Source: Gammaproteobacteria bacterium
GTDB lineage: Bacteria; Pseudomonadota; Gammaproteobacteria; GCA-001735895
Reading direction: 5' to 3'
NCBI GenBank assembly: GCA_030066085.1
Contig: JASJCI010000022.1
Span: 6,644 to 70,643 of the forward strand
DNA length: 64,000 nucleotides
This document shows, in pieces, positions 1-9,147 of this stretch (its first letter is position 1; each line of letters opens with the position of its first letter). Position numbers and translations under genes: made by a program. The notes beneath the pieces were generated by a model. It was not told the DNA's origin. It saw nothing but the letters and a program-made list of their open reading frames with translations, and searched no databases.

Positions 1-963
1 AATCAGACGGGCAGAGATTCGTATCTTGTCGCCCGACCTTCGCACACTACCTTCGAGCACATGGCTGATGTTGAGCTCCTCAACCAATTGCCGATAATCG
101 ATCTTTTGTCCACGCAGCTTGAAGGTGGTGGACCCTGCCAGAACCCGAATACTCTCAAAGCGAGTCAGGTCCGTAATGATGTCATCGGTAATGCCATCGG
201 CAAAATACTCCTGATCCGGGTCACCACTCATATTCGCAAACGGCAGTACGGCAATAGTAGGCTTGTCCCGTAACGAATCAGATGAATGGGTATATTCAGA
301 GGGCCCGTCTGGATAAACCCAGTAAAAAATCACTGCCACAATCAATGCGACAAAAGACGCACTTCCGATCAGCCTCCGTTGAGCTGATGAGCGAGCAATT
401 GCTGGTTTTGCTGCGGGCAGTGGAATATCGAAGTCAGCCGAAGCCGTTACCCTGTAGACTCCGACAGGTTCTCCGAAACCTTTAATTTCTCGTTGGCCCA
501 GGTTTTCAAATTCGACGGGCAATCGTCTTGAGAGTGACTCGTGCACAGCTGCCGTGATACAGAGTCCTCCGACATCCGCAAGTTGCTCAACACGTTGCGC
601 CAATACGACGCCCGCACCGGTAACAGTATTGTCAGCAATAACTACCTCACCCATGGCGATGCCAACACGGACTTCCGGTTTTATATCGTCGTCAAGGGAT
701 GAGATAAATTGGGTGTGACCAGACTGAAACGCCAGGGCCGCGGATACCGCATCCGAGGGGCGCTCGAACTCGGCCAGCAGGGCGTCGCCACGCAGTTCGA
801 GCACTTTGCCAGCGTATTTGTTTATCGTGGCTGAAAAACGATGAAAAGTGTCCTGGATTCGCTCATGGGCCAGATGCTCATCCTGCTGCACCATTTGCGT
901 CGAACCCGCGATATCGGCGTGCAGGATGACGGCAAGTTTGCCCAAGAGACGATCTTTTACCAC
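1..963 (-). CDS. Class III adenylate/guanylate cyclase-domain protein with TM helix and TolB-N-like domain (3' end runs off the window)
   Basis: Not in the ORF track because there is no stop in the window. Manual translation from GTG 963 gives LAVILHADIAGST...ELRGDALLAEF...RVGIAMGEV...GAGVVLAQRVEQLA...LGQREIKGF, a hydrophobic segment, then KPTIAVLPFANMSGDPDQEYFADGITDDIITDL...VLEGSVRRSGDKIRISARLI. Confidence 0.88.
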   Translation of the reverse strand, partial: MVKDRLLGKLAVILHADIAGSTQMVQQDEHLAHERIQDTFHRFSATINKYAGKVLELRGDALLAEFERPSDAVSAALAFQSGHTQFISSLDDDIKPEVRVGIAMGEVVIADNTVTGAGVVLAQRVEQLADVGGLCITAAVHESLSRRLPVEFENLGQREIKGFGEPVGVYRVTASADFDIPLPAAKPAIARSSAQRRLIGSASFVALIVAVIFYWVYPDGPSEYTHSSDSLRDKPTIAVLPFANMSGDPDQEYFADGITDDIITDLTRFESIRVLAGSTTFKLRGQKIDYRQLVEELNISHVLEGSVRRSGDKIRISARLI

Positions 964-1278
964 TCAATACCCAACCGGCGTTAAGGTCAGGAAATACTAT
1001 CACACACTCAGGATGCAAGAGATTGGCGGGCGTCTGTTACTGGTCGATCCCTGCAGCCTGGCGGTCGGCTATGGGCGTCCGCAATCTGGAAAGCCTGCCT
1101 GTGCTGGATTCGCTGTAGGCTTGCTTTCCGGGGACAGTTTACTTATTTTCGGATCGAGCGGTTATATCCTGGAGTAAACCTCTCTTTACCTGAAACAGGA
1201 TAATTACGGGCGACCTGGCAATACTCCCGGCCAATGTCGATCGACCGCACGGATATCAACTCCGCCCCGGAGGCCAGC

Positions 1279-1980
1279 ATGCCTGATACGTTAAAACCTG
1301 AAGAGAGTTACTCACTGCTCGGTAAGGTAGAAGGTGCCGAAAAGCTGTTTCTCGAGGGCCGACGCAGTCGTTCGGCGGACCTGGAAAGCGCGGTGACGTT
1401 TTTCCTCGAGTTCTTGCGCGGCTTCGAGAGTTTCGATTTCGAACAACCCTGCGTCACGGTCTTCGGGTCGGCCCGTTTCGAGGAAGACCACGATTATTAC
1501 CAGCTCGCGCGTGAGACGGGCGCGGCACTCGCCGAGGCAGGCTACGCAGTGATGACGGGCGGCGGTCCCGGCATCATGGAGGCAGCCAACCGCGGTGCCA
1601 GGGAAGCCGGCGGGCTGAGCCTCGGCTGTAATATCAGGCTGCCACTCGAGCAGGAACCCAACCCTTATCTCGACAAGTTCATCGAGCTGGAACACTTCTT
1701 TATCCGCAAGGTCATGCTGGTCAAGTATTCGTCGGCTTTCGTCGTCATGCCCGGCGGGTTTGGCACACTCGACGAAGCCTTCGAAGTGGCCACATTGATA
1801 CAGACCGGCAAGCTGGATCGTTTTCCCATCGTGGGCCTGGGCGGCGACTACTGGAAATATCTCAGAAGTTTCGCCCGCGAAACAATGCTGCACGAGAGCG
1901 TCATCGATGCGGAAGATCTGGACTTGATTCAATTGGTATCCAGCGCAAGGGAGGCGGTGGATGTCATCCAGAGACGTTAG
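1279..1980 (+). CDS. LOG family / TIGR00730 Rossmann-fold nucleotide phosphoribohydrolase
   Basis: VTVFGSAR, TGGGPGIMEAANRGA and PGGFGTLDE motifs; GGAGG RBS before ATG 1279. Confidence 0.9.
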   Translation: MPDTLKPEESYSLLGKVEGAEKLFLEGRRSRSADLESAVTFFLEFLRGFESFDFEQPCVTVFGSARFEEDHDYYQLARETGAALAEAGYAVMTGGGPGIMEAANRGAREAGGLSLGCNIRLPLEQEPNPYLDKFIELEHFFIRKVMLVKYSSAFVVMPGGFGTLDEAFEVATLIQTGKLDRFPIVGLGGDYWKYLRSFARETMLHESVIDAEDLDLIQLVSSAREAVDVIQRR

Positions 1981-2148
1981 CGCATTGTAGCGCCGCTAAT
2001 ACTTTGCAAACTCGGCGAACTGGAATACAAATCGGGGCTACAGTGCCCGGTGAAAGACAATCGCCTGTTATCGGGATAACGGGCACATGAAATTATTTGA
2101 CGGACGCGGTAATCGATCCAACCGAGGCTTTCCCCATGACAAACGAAG

Positions 2149-2235
2149 CGTCATTCCGCTTCGGCGGACCGCCGCGCAAGCGGCGATCTTGTATCGCGCC
2201 GCCGTTTCAAGATCCCCGCCTGCGCGGGGATGACG
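2149..2235. repeat. Palindromic extragenic repeat (GTCATT...GGGGATGAC family), copy 1, 87 bp
   Basis: Inverted termini CGTCATT / GATGACG, internal stem GATCTTG...CAAGATC; 9 mismatches against the copy at 7969-8055. Confidence 0.9.
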
Positions 2236-2441
2236 TCACTAAACGCTTCCCATTGGCCAATCTCCGCGGCTTGATGATCGGCTGACGGCGCCTGCGATCG
2301 GTGCAGCACTGTTCTGCCGGATTCGCTGGACAGCTCGGTATGACCCCATGACTACACGGTACGGGTTAACCAGCCCGCGGCATGGTCAAAGCGCCCAATC
2401 TCGGCTAACCTGCGTGCTTTTGCGGGCAGGAGTACGCATCC

Positions 2442-4073
2442 ATGCAACAGAATCCGCTGTGGCGCTGGTTCGACGATACCTTTCTCGATCTCGGGCGGCA
2501 GTTTCGCTGGTCCTACCTGCCGCCGTTGATGATCTACGTCGCTGCCGGCGTGCAGGGACTGACCGCTATCGTCGGCACCTTCTTCATCAAGGATTATCTC
2601 GACCTGTCGGCGGCGTTCCTCGCCGGTCTCGCGTTCTGGGCGGGCGTTCCCTGGACGCTGAAAATGCCGATCGGCCACCTCGTCGACCTGGTCTGGCGGC
2701 GCAAGGCCCTGCTGGTCTATTTCGGGGCATCGCTGATCACGGCCAGCCTGCTGATCATGTACGGCATCATCGCGCACCTCGACGCGATGGCGGCGATCAT
2801 GCGCCCCGAGGCCTGGTTCGTGACCGCGACGCTGCTGGCGCCGACGGGTTACGTGATCCAGGACGTCGTTGCCGACGCGATGACGGTCGAGGCGGTACCG
2901 ACCATCGACGAGCACGGCACCCCCTACCCGGAGGCCGATATCAAGGTCATGCATACGACTATGCAAACCCTCGGCCGCGTGGCAATCATCGGCGGCCTGG
3001 CGGCGGTCGGTATCCTCAACATCACGATGTTCGAGGGTGTCGAGAACATGAGCGAGGCAACCAAGATCGAGATCTATGGCCAGATCTACCTGATCGCGCT
3101 GGTCATACCGGTACTGTCGATCTCGGGCGTTATTCTCGGCGGCATGATGTTGCGCCGGCGCGCGGCGCAGCTGGAGGCGCTGGGCGAGGACCACGCCGCG
3201 ATCGATCGCCTGCTGTTCGCGCCGGGCGGCGATATCAGCCCGAACTGGTGGATTCTCGGCGGCAGCCTGGTGTTCGCGATCTTCACCCTGACCATGGGTA
3301 TCAGCCAGGTGCCGTTCGCGCAGGAAATCATTTTCGCCGGTTCGATGGCGATCATTTTCTTCCTGATGTACCGCCTGCTGCTTGAGCTGGAGCCGGAGGC
3401 GCGCAACATGCTGATCGGCACCGCGATCATTATCTTCGTGTTTCGCGCGGTACCGCTGGCCGGCCCCGGTTACAGCTGGTTCACCATCGACGAGCTGAAA
3501 TTCGACCAGCAGTTCCTCGCGGTGCTGCAGTTGATCGGCGCGGTGCTGACGATCATCGGCATGATCGTCCTGCGACCCTTGATGGCGAAACGTCCGATCG
3601 CGTTCGTGATCGTGCTGCTCACCATTGCCGGATCCTTCCTGACGCTGCCGAATATCGGGCTTTACTACGGCCTGCACGAGTGGACCGCGCTGCATACCGG
3701 CGGCGTCGTCGACGCGCGCTTCATCGCCCTCATCGACACCATGATCGAATCACCGCTGGGACAGATCGCGATGATCCCGATGCTGGCCTGGATCGCAAAA
3801 AATGCGCCGCCACACCTGAAGGCAACTTTCTTCGCGGTAATGGCGTCGTTTACCAACCTCGCGCTGTCCGCTTCCAGCCTCGGTACGCGTTACATGAACG
3901 AGATCTATACCGTTACGCGCGAGGTGCGCGACCGGGTAACCGATGCCATTACCACCGCGGCCGATTACAGCGAACTCGGCTTGCTGCTGATCAGCGTAAC
4001 CCTGGTCGGCCTGGTAGTGCCGTTGCTCACGGTCCTGATGATTCAAAGCTCGCGCTTCCAGACCCGCCAGTAG
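2442..4073 (+). CDS. BT1 family (folate-biopterin transporter-like) MFS protein
   Basis: About 12 TM segments; PWTLKMPIGHLVD, QDVVADAMTVE and ATFFAVMASFTNLA motifs; AGGAG RBS. Confidence 0.8.
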   Translation: MQQNPLWRWFDDTFLDLGRQFRWSYLPPLMIYVAAGVQGLTAIVGTFFIKDYLDLSAAFLAGLAFWAGVPWTLKMPIGHLVDLVWRRKALLVYFGASLITASLLIMYGIIAHLDAMAAIMRPEAWFVTATLLAPTGYVIQDVVADAMTVEAVPTIDEHGTPYPEADIKVMHTTMQTLGRVAIIGGLAAVGILNITMFEGVENMSEATKIEIYGQIYLIALVIPVLSISGVILGGMMLRRRAAQLEALGEDHAAIDRLLFAPGGDISPNWWILGGSLVFAIFTLTMGISQVPFAQEIIFAGSMAIIFFLMYRLLLELEPEARNMLIGTAIIIFVFRAVPLAGPGYSWFTIDELKFDQQFLAVLQLIGAVLTIIGMIVLRPLMAKRPIAFVIVLLTIAGSFLTLPNIGLYYGLHEWTALHTGGVVDARFIALIDTMIESPLGQIAMIPMLAWIAKNAPPHLKATFFAVMASFTNLALSASSLGTRYMNEIYTVTREVRDRVTDAITTAADYSELGLLLISVTLVGLVVPLLTVLMIQSSRFQTRQ

Positions 4074-4152
4074 CCGACCACGGCCGGGTGGCTTGCAACG
4101 AAGGCGTGCCCGGGATCAGGCCGCCAGGCCAGCCGATACCGTTGCTATTGGC

Positions 4153-4512
4153 TCAATCCTGCTGCAACACGACCGGCTGCCCGTGCGGCGTGCGCCGGTA
4201 GGCGGCTTCCCAGTCGGCGCGCGTCTGCTGCATGGCTTCGCGCGCGATACCCCCGTGTTGCGCGATCAGCGACTCGAGCGCGTCGACCACGCAGCGATAG
4301 TAGGTTTCCTGGGTATCGGCCTCGCCGCGCTGCTCGGCAGCGGCGAGCGCGGCGCCGAGCGTATCCGACCACGCCACGGCGCTGAACAGGCCCTGCCGCA
4401 CCAGCGTATCGGCAATCGCGAGCGCCTCGGCCTGCCAGGCTTCCTCGAACACCGGCTGGCCGTCGGCACTGGCCAGCGGTTTCAGACCCTGTTGCGCGCT
4501 TTCGTCGCTCAT
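4153..4512 (-). CDS. Nitrile hydratase accessory/activator protein (beta-N-like, P14K/NhlE type)
   Basis: PVFEEAWQAEALAIA...YYRCVVDALESL...WEAAYRRTPHGQPV; 4-bp overlap with the beta-subunit stop. Confidence 0.88.
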   Translation of the reverse strand: MSDESAQQGLKPLASADGQPVFEEAWQAEALAIADTLVRQGLFSAVAWSDTLGAALAAAEQRGEADTQETYYRCVVDALESLIAQHGGIAREAMQQTRADWEAAYRRTPHGQPVVLQQD

Positions 4513-5180
4513 GTCGTTACCGGCAGCAGGTAGGCTTCCCACAGGTCGAGATAGACGCGGTCGTGCCGGTCGGCGGCCTCGGGCCACAGCTCCGACGCAT
4601 CGAAGACAACGCTGTAGAGATGCTGGTGTACTTCCCTGCCCTCGGCGGACCAGTCCGGAAACACGTGCGCGCCGTGGTGCGCATGGATCTTGCCGACGCG
4701 GCCGCGCGCGTACTGCGGCAGGCGCGTGTGGCCGCCGTGCCCGTGGCGTTGCGTGCTCACCTGCTGACCAACGACAAACGCCGGCGGCGTGTCGATCTCG
4801 GCATCGAAGCGAAACGCGTGCGCGCGGTCCTCGTCGAGGATCTGCTGCAGGTTCATGGCCTCCAGCGGTTCGCCGTAGTCGAGGTCCTGCCGCAGCGATT
4901 TACCGGCGGCGATCTCTTCATAGGTCATCCAGCCGGCCTCGATGTAGGTGGAGAAATCGGTCTGCGCCCAGGAATCGAAATAGGGTCGCGCGAGGTAATC
5001 CTCCGGCAGGATCAGTTCGCGACAGTGTCGCCACCAGTCGATGGTAATGCCCGGCGTGCGCGCGCACTGGGCGATACCCCATTCACGCCCTTCCCATTCC
5101 TCGTGGAATACCTCGTCCTCGCCCGTACGGTCGATCGGCCCGTAGCCCTGCTTACCGCCGAGATCGTGGATACCGTCCAT
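4509..5180 (-). CDS. nthB: Nitrile hydratase beta subunit
   Basis: MDGIHDLGG start, FHEEWE, DWWRHCRE, GHTRLPQYARG, HLYSVVF..ELW, DLWEAYL; true start is ATG 5180, overlapping the alpha stop. Confidence 0.92.
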   Translation of the reverse strand: MDGIHDLGGKQGYGPIDRTGEDEVFHEEWEGREWGIAQCARTPGITIDWWRHCRELILPEDYLARPYFDSWAQTDFSTYIEAGWMTYEEIAAGKSLRQDLDYGEPLEAMNLQQILDEDRAHAFRFDAEIDTPPAFVVGQQVSTQRHGHGGHTRLPQYARGRVGKIHAHHGAHVFPDWSAEGREVHQHLYSVVFDASELWPEAADRHDRVYLDLWEAYLLPVTT

Positions 5181-5818
5181 CAGGCCGATCCCCCGAGGTC
5201 GCGGTCGGTGCCGATCATCGAGTTGCGCGTCACCAGCGCGGCCAGGCCTTCCTCGTCGAGGTCCTCGGTTGCCGGCGGTCGCTGCGGCAGCACCAGGTAA
5301 CGCAGCTCGGCGGTGCTGTCCCAGGTTCGCACCTCGACCTCGTCGCCGATCTCGACGCCGAACTCGGCCAGCACGCCGCGCGGATCGCGCACCGCGCGCG
5401 AGCGATACGCGGCCGCCTTGTACCAGGCCGGGGCGATGCCGAGGATCGAGAACGGGTAACAGGAGCACAGCGTGCAGACCACGAGGTTGTGCACCGAATC
5501 GGTGTTCTCGACTACCTTGAGATGCGCGGTGGCCTTGCCGAGGAAGCCGAACTCGTCGATCGCGGCCGGCGCATCCTCGAGCAGGCGCGCCTTGAAAGCA
5601 GGATCGACCCAGGCGCGCGCCACCACCTGCGCGCCGCGCCTGGGTCCGATTTCCTCGGTATAGGCCTCGACCCAGGCATCGATGGTAGCGGGATTGACCA
5701 GGCCTTTCTGTTCGAGCAGGGTTTCCAGCGTCTTGACCCTGAGCGCCGATTCAGACGGCAGGTGACTGTGCAGGTGCTGGTGGGCTTCGGCAACTTTTTT
5801 GGCGTCGAATTCGGGCAT
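5180..5818 (-). CDS. nthA: Cobalt-type nitrile hydratase alpha subunit
   Basis: Metal-binding motif VCTLCSCY (Thr/Tyr indicates Co-type), [28 protein letters not shown]. Confidence 0.95.
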   Translation of the reverse strand: MPEFDAKKVAEAHQHLHSHLPSESALRVKTLETLLEQKGLVNPATIDAWVEAYTEEIGPRRGAQVVARAWVDPAFKARLLEDAPAAIDEFGFLGKATAHLKVVENTDSVHNLVVCTLCSCYPFSILGIAPAWYKAAAYRSRAVRDPRGVLAEFGVEIGDEVEVRTWDSTAELRYLVLPQRPPATEDLDEEGLAALVTRNSMIGTDRDLGGSA

Positions 5819-5985
5819 ACCTGGTATCCGGTTTATCCAGACCCCGATACTACGCGGGTGCGCCCTCGTTGATCAAGATCCGCAGGGACGATCAGTGGCA
5901 GGACAGCCACTCGATTTCGACCGTGGGCTTATGGCTTTGACGCGCTCCGGGTTAAACTACCGCTTTACCCGTTGCGACGCTCCCG

Positions 5986-6873
5986 TTGATAACCCAGATT
6001 CGACGCCCTACTCCTTTCGACGTCGGCCGGCTGATTTTCGTCGGCGCGGTCTGGGGCGGCGCGTTCATCTTCGTAACCCTGGCGTTGACGGATTTCGGTC
6101 CGGTCAGCATCGCCACCTGGCGGGTCGTGCTCGGCGCGACCACGCTCGCGATCGCGGCGCGGCTGATCGGCCAGGCCTGGCCGCGCGGCGCGCGCAACTG
6201 GCGCTACATCGTCGTCGTCGGCTGTCTCAACAGCGCGGTACCTTTTTTCCTGATCAGCTGGGGGCAACAGTTCATCAGCAGCGCCGAATCCGCCCTGCTG
6301 GTCGCGGCCGGCACCTTCGTCTCGCTGCTGCTGTCGCACTTCACCAGCCAGGACGAGCGCATCAACCCGGCGCGCGTCGCCGGGGTCGCGATCGGCTTCG
6401 TCGGCGTCATGGTGCTGGTGTTCTGGGACCTGCTGGAAAAGGGTACCGGCAGTCTCGGCGGCCAGCTCGCGGTCATGGCCGCCGGCTGCAGCTACGCCAC
6501 CTCGTCGGTCATATCGCGTCGCCTGACCCACCTGCCGATGATCTCGACCTCGGCCGCGACCATGGCGACCGCCTGTCTCTACCTCGTGCCGCTGGCTTTC
6601 CTGCTGGAAGATCCGCTGCCGGCAAATCCCTCGGGTCAGTCGATCGTGGCGCTGCTCTACCTCGGCGTGGTCGCCACCGCGCTGGCGTTTACCGTGCGCT
6701 TTTTCATCATCCGCGCGGCCGGCGCGGTATTCATGTCGCAGGTGGGTTATCTCGTACCGCTGTTCGGCGTGATCTGGAGCGGACTCTACTTCGCCGACGC
6801 GATCGAGCTGCAGACGGCGATCTCGCTCGGCCTGATCCTGCTCGGGATTGCCGTCACGCGCAAGGGCAGCTGA
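5986..6873 (+). CDS. DMT/EamA family transporter
   Basis: 10 TM in two EamA repeats: VWGGAFIF, PFFLISWG, SQVGYLVPLFGV. Confidence 0.88.
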   Translation: MITQIRRPTPFDVGRLIFVGAVWGGAFIFVTLALTDFGPVSIATWRVVLGATTLAIAARLIGQAWPRGARNWRYIVVVGCLNSAVPFFLISWGQQFISSAESALLVAAGTFVSLLLSHFTSQDERINPARVAGVAIGFVGVMVLVFWDLLEKGTGSLGGQLAVMAAGCSYATSSVISRRLTHLPMISTSAATMATACLYLVPLAFLLEDPLPANPSGQSIVALLYLGVVATALAFTVRFFIIRAAGAVFMSQVGYLVPLFGVIWSGLYFADAIELQTAISLGLILLGIAVTRKGS

Positions 6874-6887
6874 CTTTGATCAGCAGG

Positions 6888-7730
6888 TCACTGGCCGGAC
6901 CTGGTCGAGGCCTGATCGTACGACCCTGACCCGCCCTGCGCTTCCAGCAGGTGTTGCAGGCGCAGCAGCTGTTGCTGCACTTCCTGCAGCGAGATCTCCG
7001 GCGCCTCGGGGTCCTTGTCCTGCTGCATTTTCTCCGCTTCCGTATGCATCACGTTCACCACGATCCCGATGACCATGTTGAGGAAGGCAAAGGCGGTAAA
7101 AAAGATGAAACTGAGATAGAAGACCCAGCTCAGGGGATACACGGCCATGGTTTCGTACATGACATCGGTCCAGTCCTCGAAGGTCATGACGCGAAACAGC
7201 GTGAGCATCGAAATCGCGATATCGCCCCACAGGGTTGGATTGATCGACTCGAACAGGGTGGCGCCAATCGCGGCGTAGATGTAAAAGATGATAAACATCA
7301 ACAGGATCACGTAACCCAGTTGAGGCAGCGCCTTGAGCAGCGAAGCGAGCAGCATGCGCAATTCGGGAATGATCGAGATCATACGAAGTACCCGAAATAC
7401 CCGCACCAGCCGCGCCACCAGCACCAGGTCACTGTTGTCGATCGGGACCAGGCTGATCGTCACTACCAGCGTATCGAACAGGTTCCAGCCATTGCGAAAA
7501 AAGGCCTTTTTATCGGGTTCGGCAATGAAGCGAATGGTGATCTCGGCCACGAATACCACCGTGATCAGCATATCGAGCCAGACGATAATGGAGCGGCTCC
7601 CCGGTGCGAGTTCGTACGTCTTGGCCCCTACCAGCAACGCCGAGGTAATAATCACCGTGACCACGAACAGCTCGAAAGCCTTGTTGCTGCGGATACGCTC
7701 GAAGTTTTGCTGGATCGTGGAGTTGGTCAT
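6888..7730 (-). CDS. Bacterial voltage-gated ion channel (BacNav family)
   Basis: 6TM; GWNLFD in S3, S4 RLVRVFRVLRM, pore TLFRVMTFEDWTD, FLNMVIGIVVNVM, C-terminal coiled coil. Confidence 0.92.
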   Translation of the reverse strand: MTNSTIQQNFERIRSNKAFELFVVTVIITSALLVGAKTYELAPGSRSIIVWLDMLITVVFVAEITIRFIAEPDKKAFFRNGWNLFDTLVVTISLVPIDNSDLVLVARLVRVFRVLRMISIIPELRMLLASLLKALPQLGYVILLMFIIFYIYAAIGATLFESINPTLWGDIAISMLTLFRVMTFEDWTDVMYETMAVYPLSWVFYLSFIFFTAFAFLNMVIGIVVNVMHTEAEKMQQDKDPEAPEISLQEVQQQLLRLQHLLEAQGGSGSYDQASTRSGQ

Positions 7731-7968
7731 ATTGGCATGTACAGCAGAGAAGTTTGGATTCGGTCGAAATTATAACCTTCGATTCCATGCCTGGATAACC
7801 AAGGTGACAAGCGTCGAGTAGCAGGCCAATGCGGAAGGCGTCTGTTTTTGGCCAAAGCCGCTGCTGGTCGGACATCAGCAACGCCCGTTATCGATCAAGC
7901 GGACGCACGATAGGGTTATACGAGTAGCCCGGATCGACCCGAATACGTCGCTCGCGCTACCGATAAAG

Positions 7969-8055
7969 CGTCATTCCGCTTCGGCGGGCCGCCGCGCAGG
8001 CGGGAATCTTGAAACGCGCCGCCATTGCAAGATCCCCGCTTGCGCGGGGATGACG
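7969..8055. repeat. Palindromic extragenic repeat, copy 2, 87 bp
   Basis: Same length and orientation as 2149-2235, about 90% identical. Confidence 0.9.
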
Positions 8056-8168
8056 GCATTGGGCGGCGGGAAGTGGCCGCTAGCAGGCGGCTGATGAATT
8101 GAGTCGAGGGACTGTTTCGAGAAAGTGGAACCAACAGTCGTAAACAAGAACAGGGCAAATGACCACAG

Positions 8169-8194
8169 GTCATTCCGCTTGTGCGGGGATGACG
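8169..8194. repeat. Internally deleted copy of the same repeat (26 bp)
   Basis: GTCATTCCGCTTGTGCGGGGATGACG is the left end joined to the right end of the full element. Confidence 0.8.
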
Positions 8195-8200
8195 TGAGTA

Positions 8201-9040
8201 TCAAGCCCCGAGGGCCTTGGCGTGGTGCTCGAAGTGGTCTTCGATGAAGCTCGCGATGAAGTGGTAGCTGTGATCGTAACCGGGTTGCGAGCGAATCGTG
8301 ACAGGCTGACCGGCGGCGTCGCAGGCGGCCTGGAAGTTTTCCGGCAACAGCTGTCCCTCGTGCAGGAATTCATCGGCGTCACCCTGGTCGACCAGGATCT
8401 CGCCAACGCGCGCCCCGGCCGCGACCAGGCGGGTCGCATCGTACGCCGCCCAGGCCTCGCGATCGTCGCCGAGGTAGGCGCCGAAACAGCCCTGCCCCCA
8501 GCCGCATTCCATCGGGTTGCAGATCGGTGCAAAAGCGGACACCGAGCGATAGGCATCGGGTAGCTTGAGCGCGCAGACCAGCGCACCGTGACCACCCATC
8601 GAATGCCCGGTAATCGAACGTACCCCGGGCATCAGCGGCAGATTGGCCTCGACCAGCGCCGGCAGCTCACAGGTCACGTAGTCGAACATCTGGTAGTGCG
8701 GTTTCCACGGATCCTGCGTCGCATTGACGTAGAAGCCGGCGGCCTGGCCGAGATCGTAACGCTCCGGCTCGTCGGCGACGCCGTCCCCACGCGGACTGGT
8801 ATCGGGAAACACGATAGCGATGCCGTGCTGCGCGGCGAAACGCTGGAAGCCGCCCTTGGTGCGCGCATTATCGTCGGTGCAGGTCAGCCCCGACAGCCAG
8901 TAGAGTGCCGGCACCTTACCCTCGCTCGCCTGCGGCGGCAGGTACACCGAGAACGTCATGTCGCAGTTGTTGTACTGCGACGCGTGGGTGTAGCGGTTGA
9001 GGTAACCGCCGCTTTCCTTGATGCTCTCGATTTGTTTCAC
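8201..9040 (-). CDS. fghA: S-formylglutathione hydrolase
   Basis: LYWLSGLTCT, PDTSPRG, GHSMGGHGA nucleophile elbow, GYDHSYHFIASF; GTG start. Confidence 0.95.
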   Translation of the reverse strand: MKQIESIKESGGYLNRYTHASQYNNCDMTFSVYLPPQASEGKVPALYWLSGLTCTDDNARTKGGFQRFAAQHGIAIVFPDTSPRGDGVADEPERYDLGQAAGFYVNATQDPWKPHYQMFDYVTCELPALVEANLPLMPGVRSITGHSMGGHGALVCALKLPDAYRSVSAFAPICNPMECGWGQGCFGAYLGDDREAWAAYDATRLVAAGARVGEILVDQGDADEFLHEGQLLPENFQAACDAAGQPVTIRSQPGYDHSYHFIASFIEDHFEHHAKALGA

Positions 9041-9106
9041 GGGATGTCTCCGTCTAGCGGGCCCGGTCCGGGCCCCTCGGTTTATCCGGAGCGCGCGAAG
9101 CCGGGG

Positions 9107-9134
9107 GAGATTGCTTCGCTACGCTCGCAATGAC
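9107..9134. repeat. Half copy of a second GTCATTGCGAG-type palindromic repeat
   Basis: Minus strand reads GTCATTGCGAGCGTAGCGAAGCAATCTC; the same frmA-fghA spacer also has a perfect GGGCCCGG-T-CCGGGCCC inverted repeat. Confidence 0.6.
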
Positions 9135-9147
9135 AGGCTTTCGGCAA

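Noticed and set aside
61..1177. Track ORFs 61-273, 282-485, 447-638 and 848-1177
   Set aside because: They overlap the real minus-strand cyclase frame (963 to <1) and show no motifs
5869..5882. FNR-like site TTGAT-CAAG-ATCCG upstream of nthA
   Set aside because: Only one good half-site and no supporting promoter geometry
2149..8194. Repeats considered as a CRISPR array or attC cassette sites
   Set aside because: Only two full copies 5.8 kb apart, no regular spacers, no cas or integrase gene, and no GTTRRRY/RYYYAAC ends
7916..8204. Short ORFs containing SSPRKRGS / VIPAQAGI / DSRLRG peptides (also 2097-2285)
   Set aside because: These are translations of the palindromic repeat, not genes
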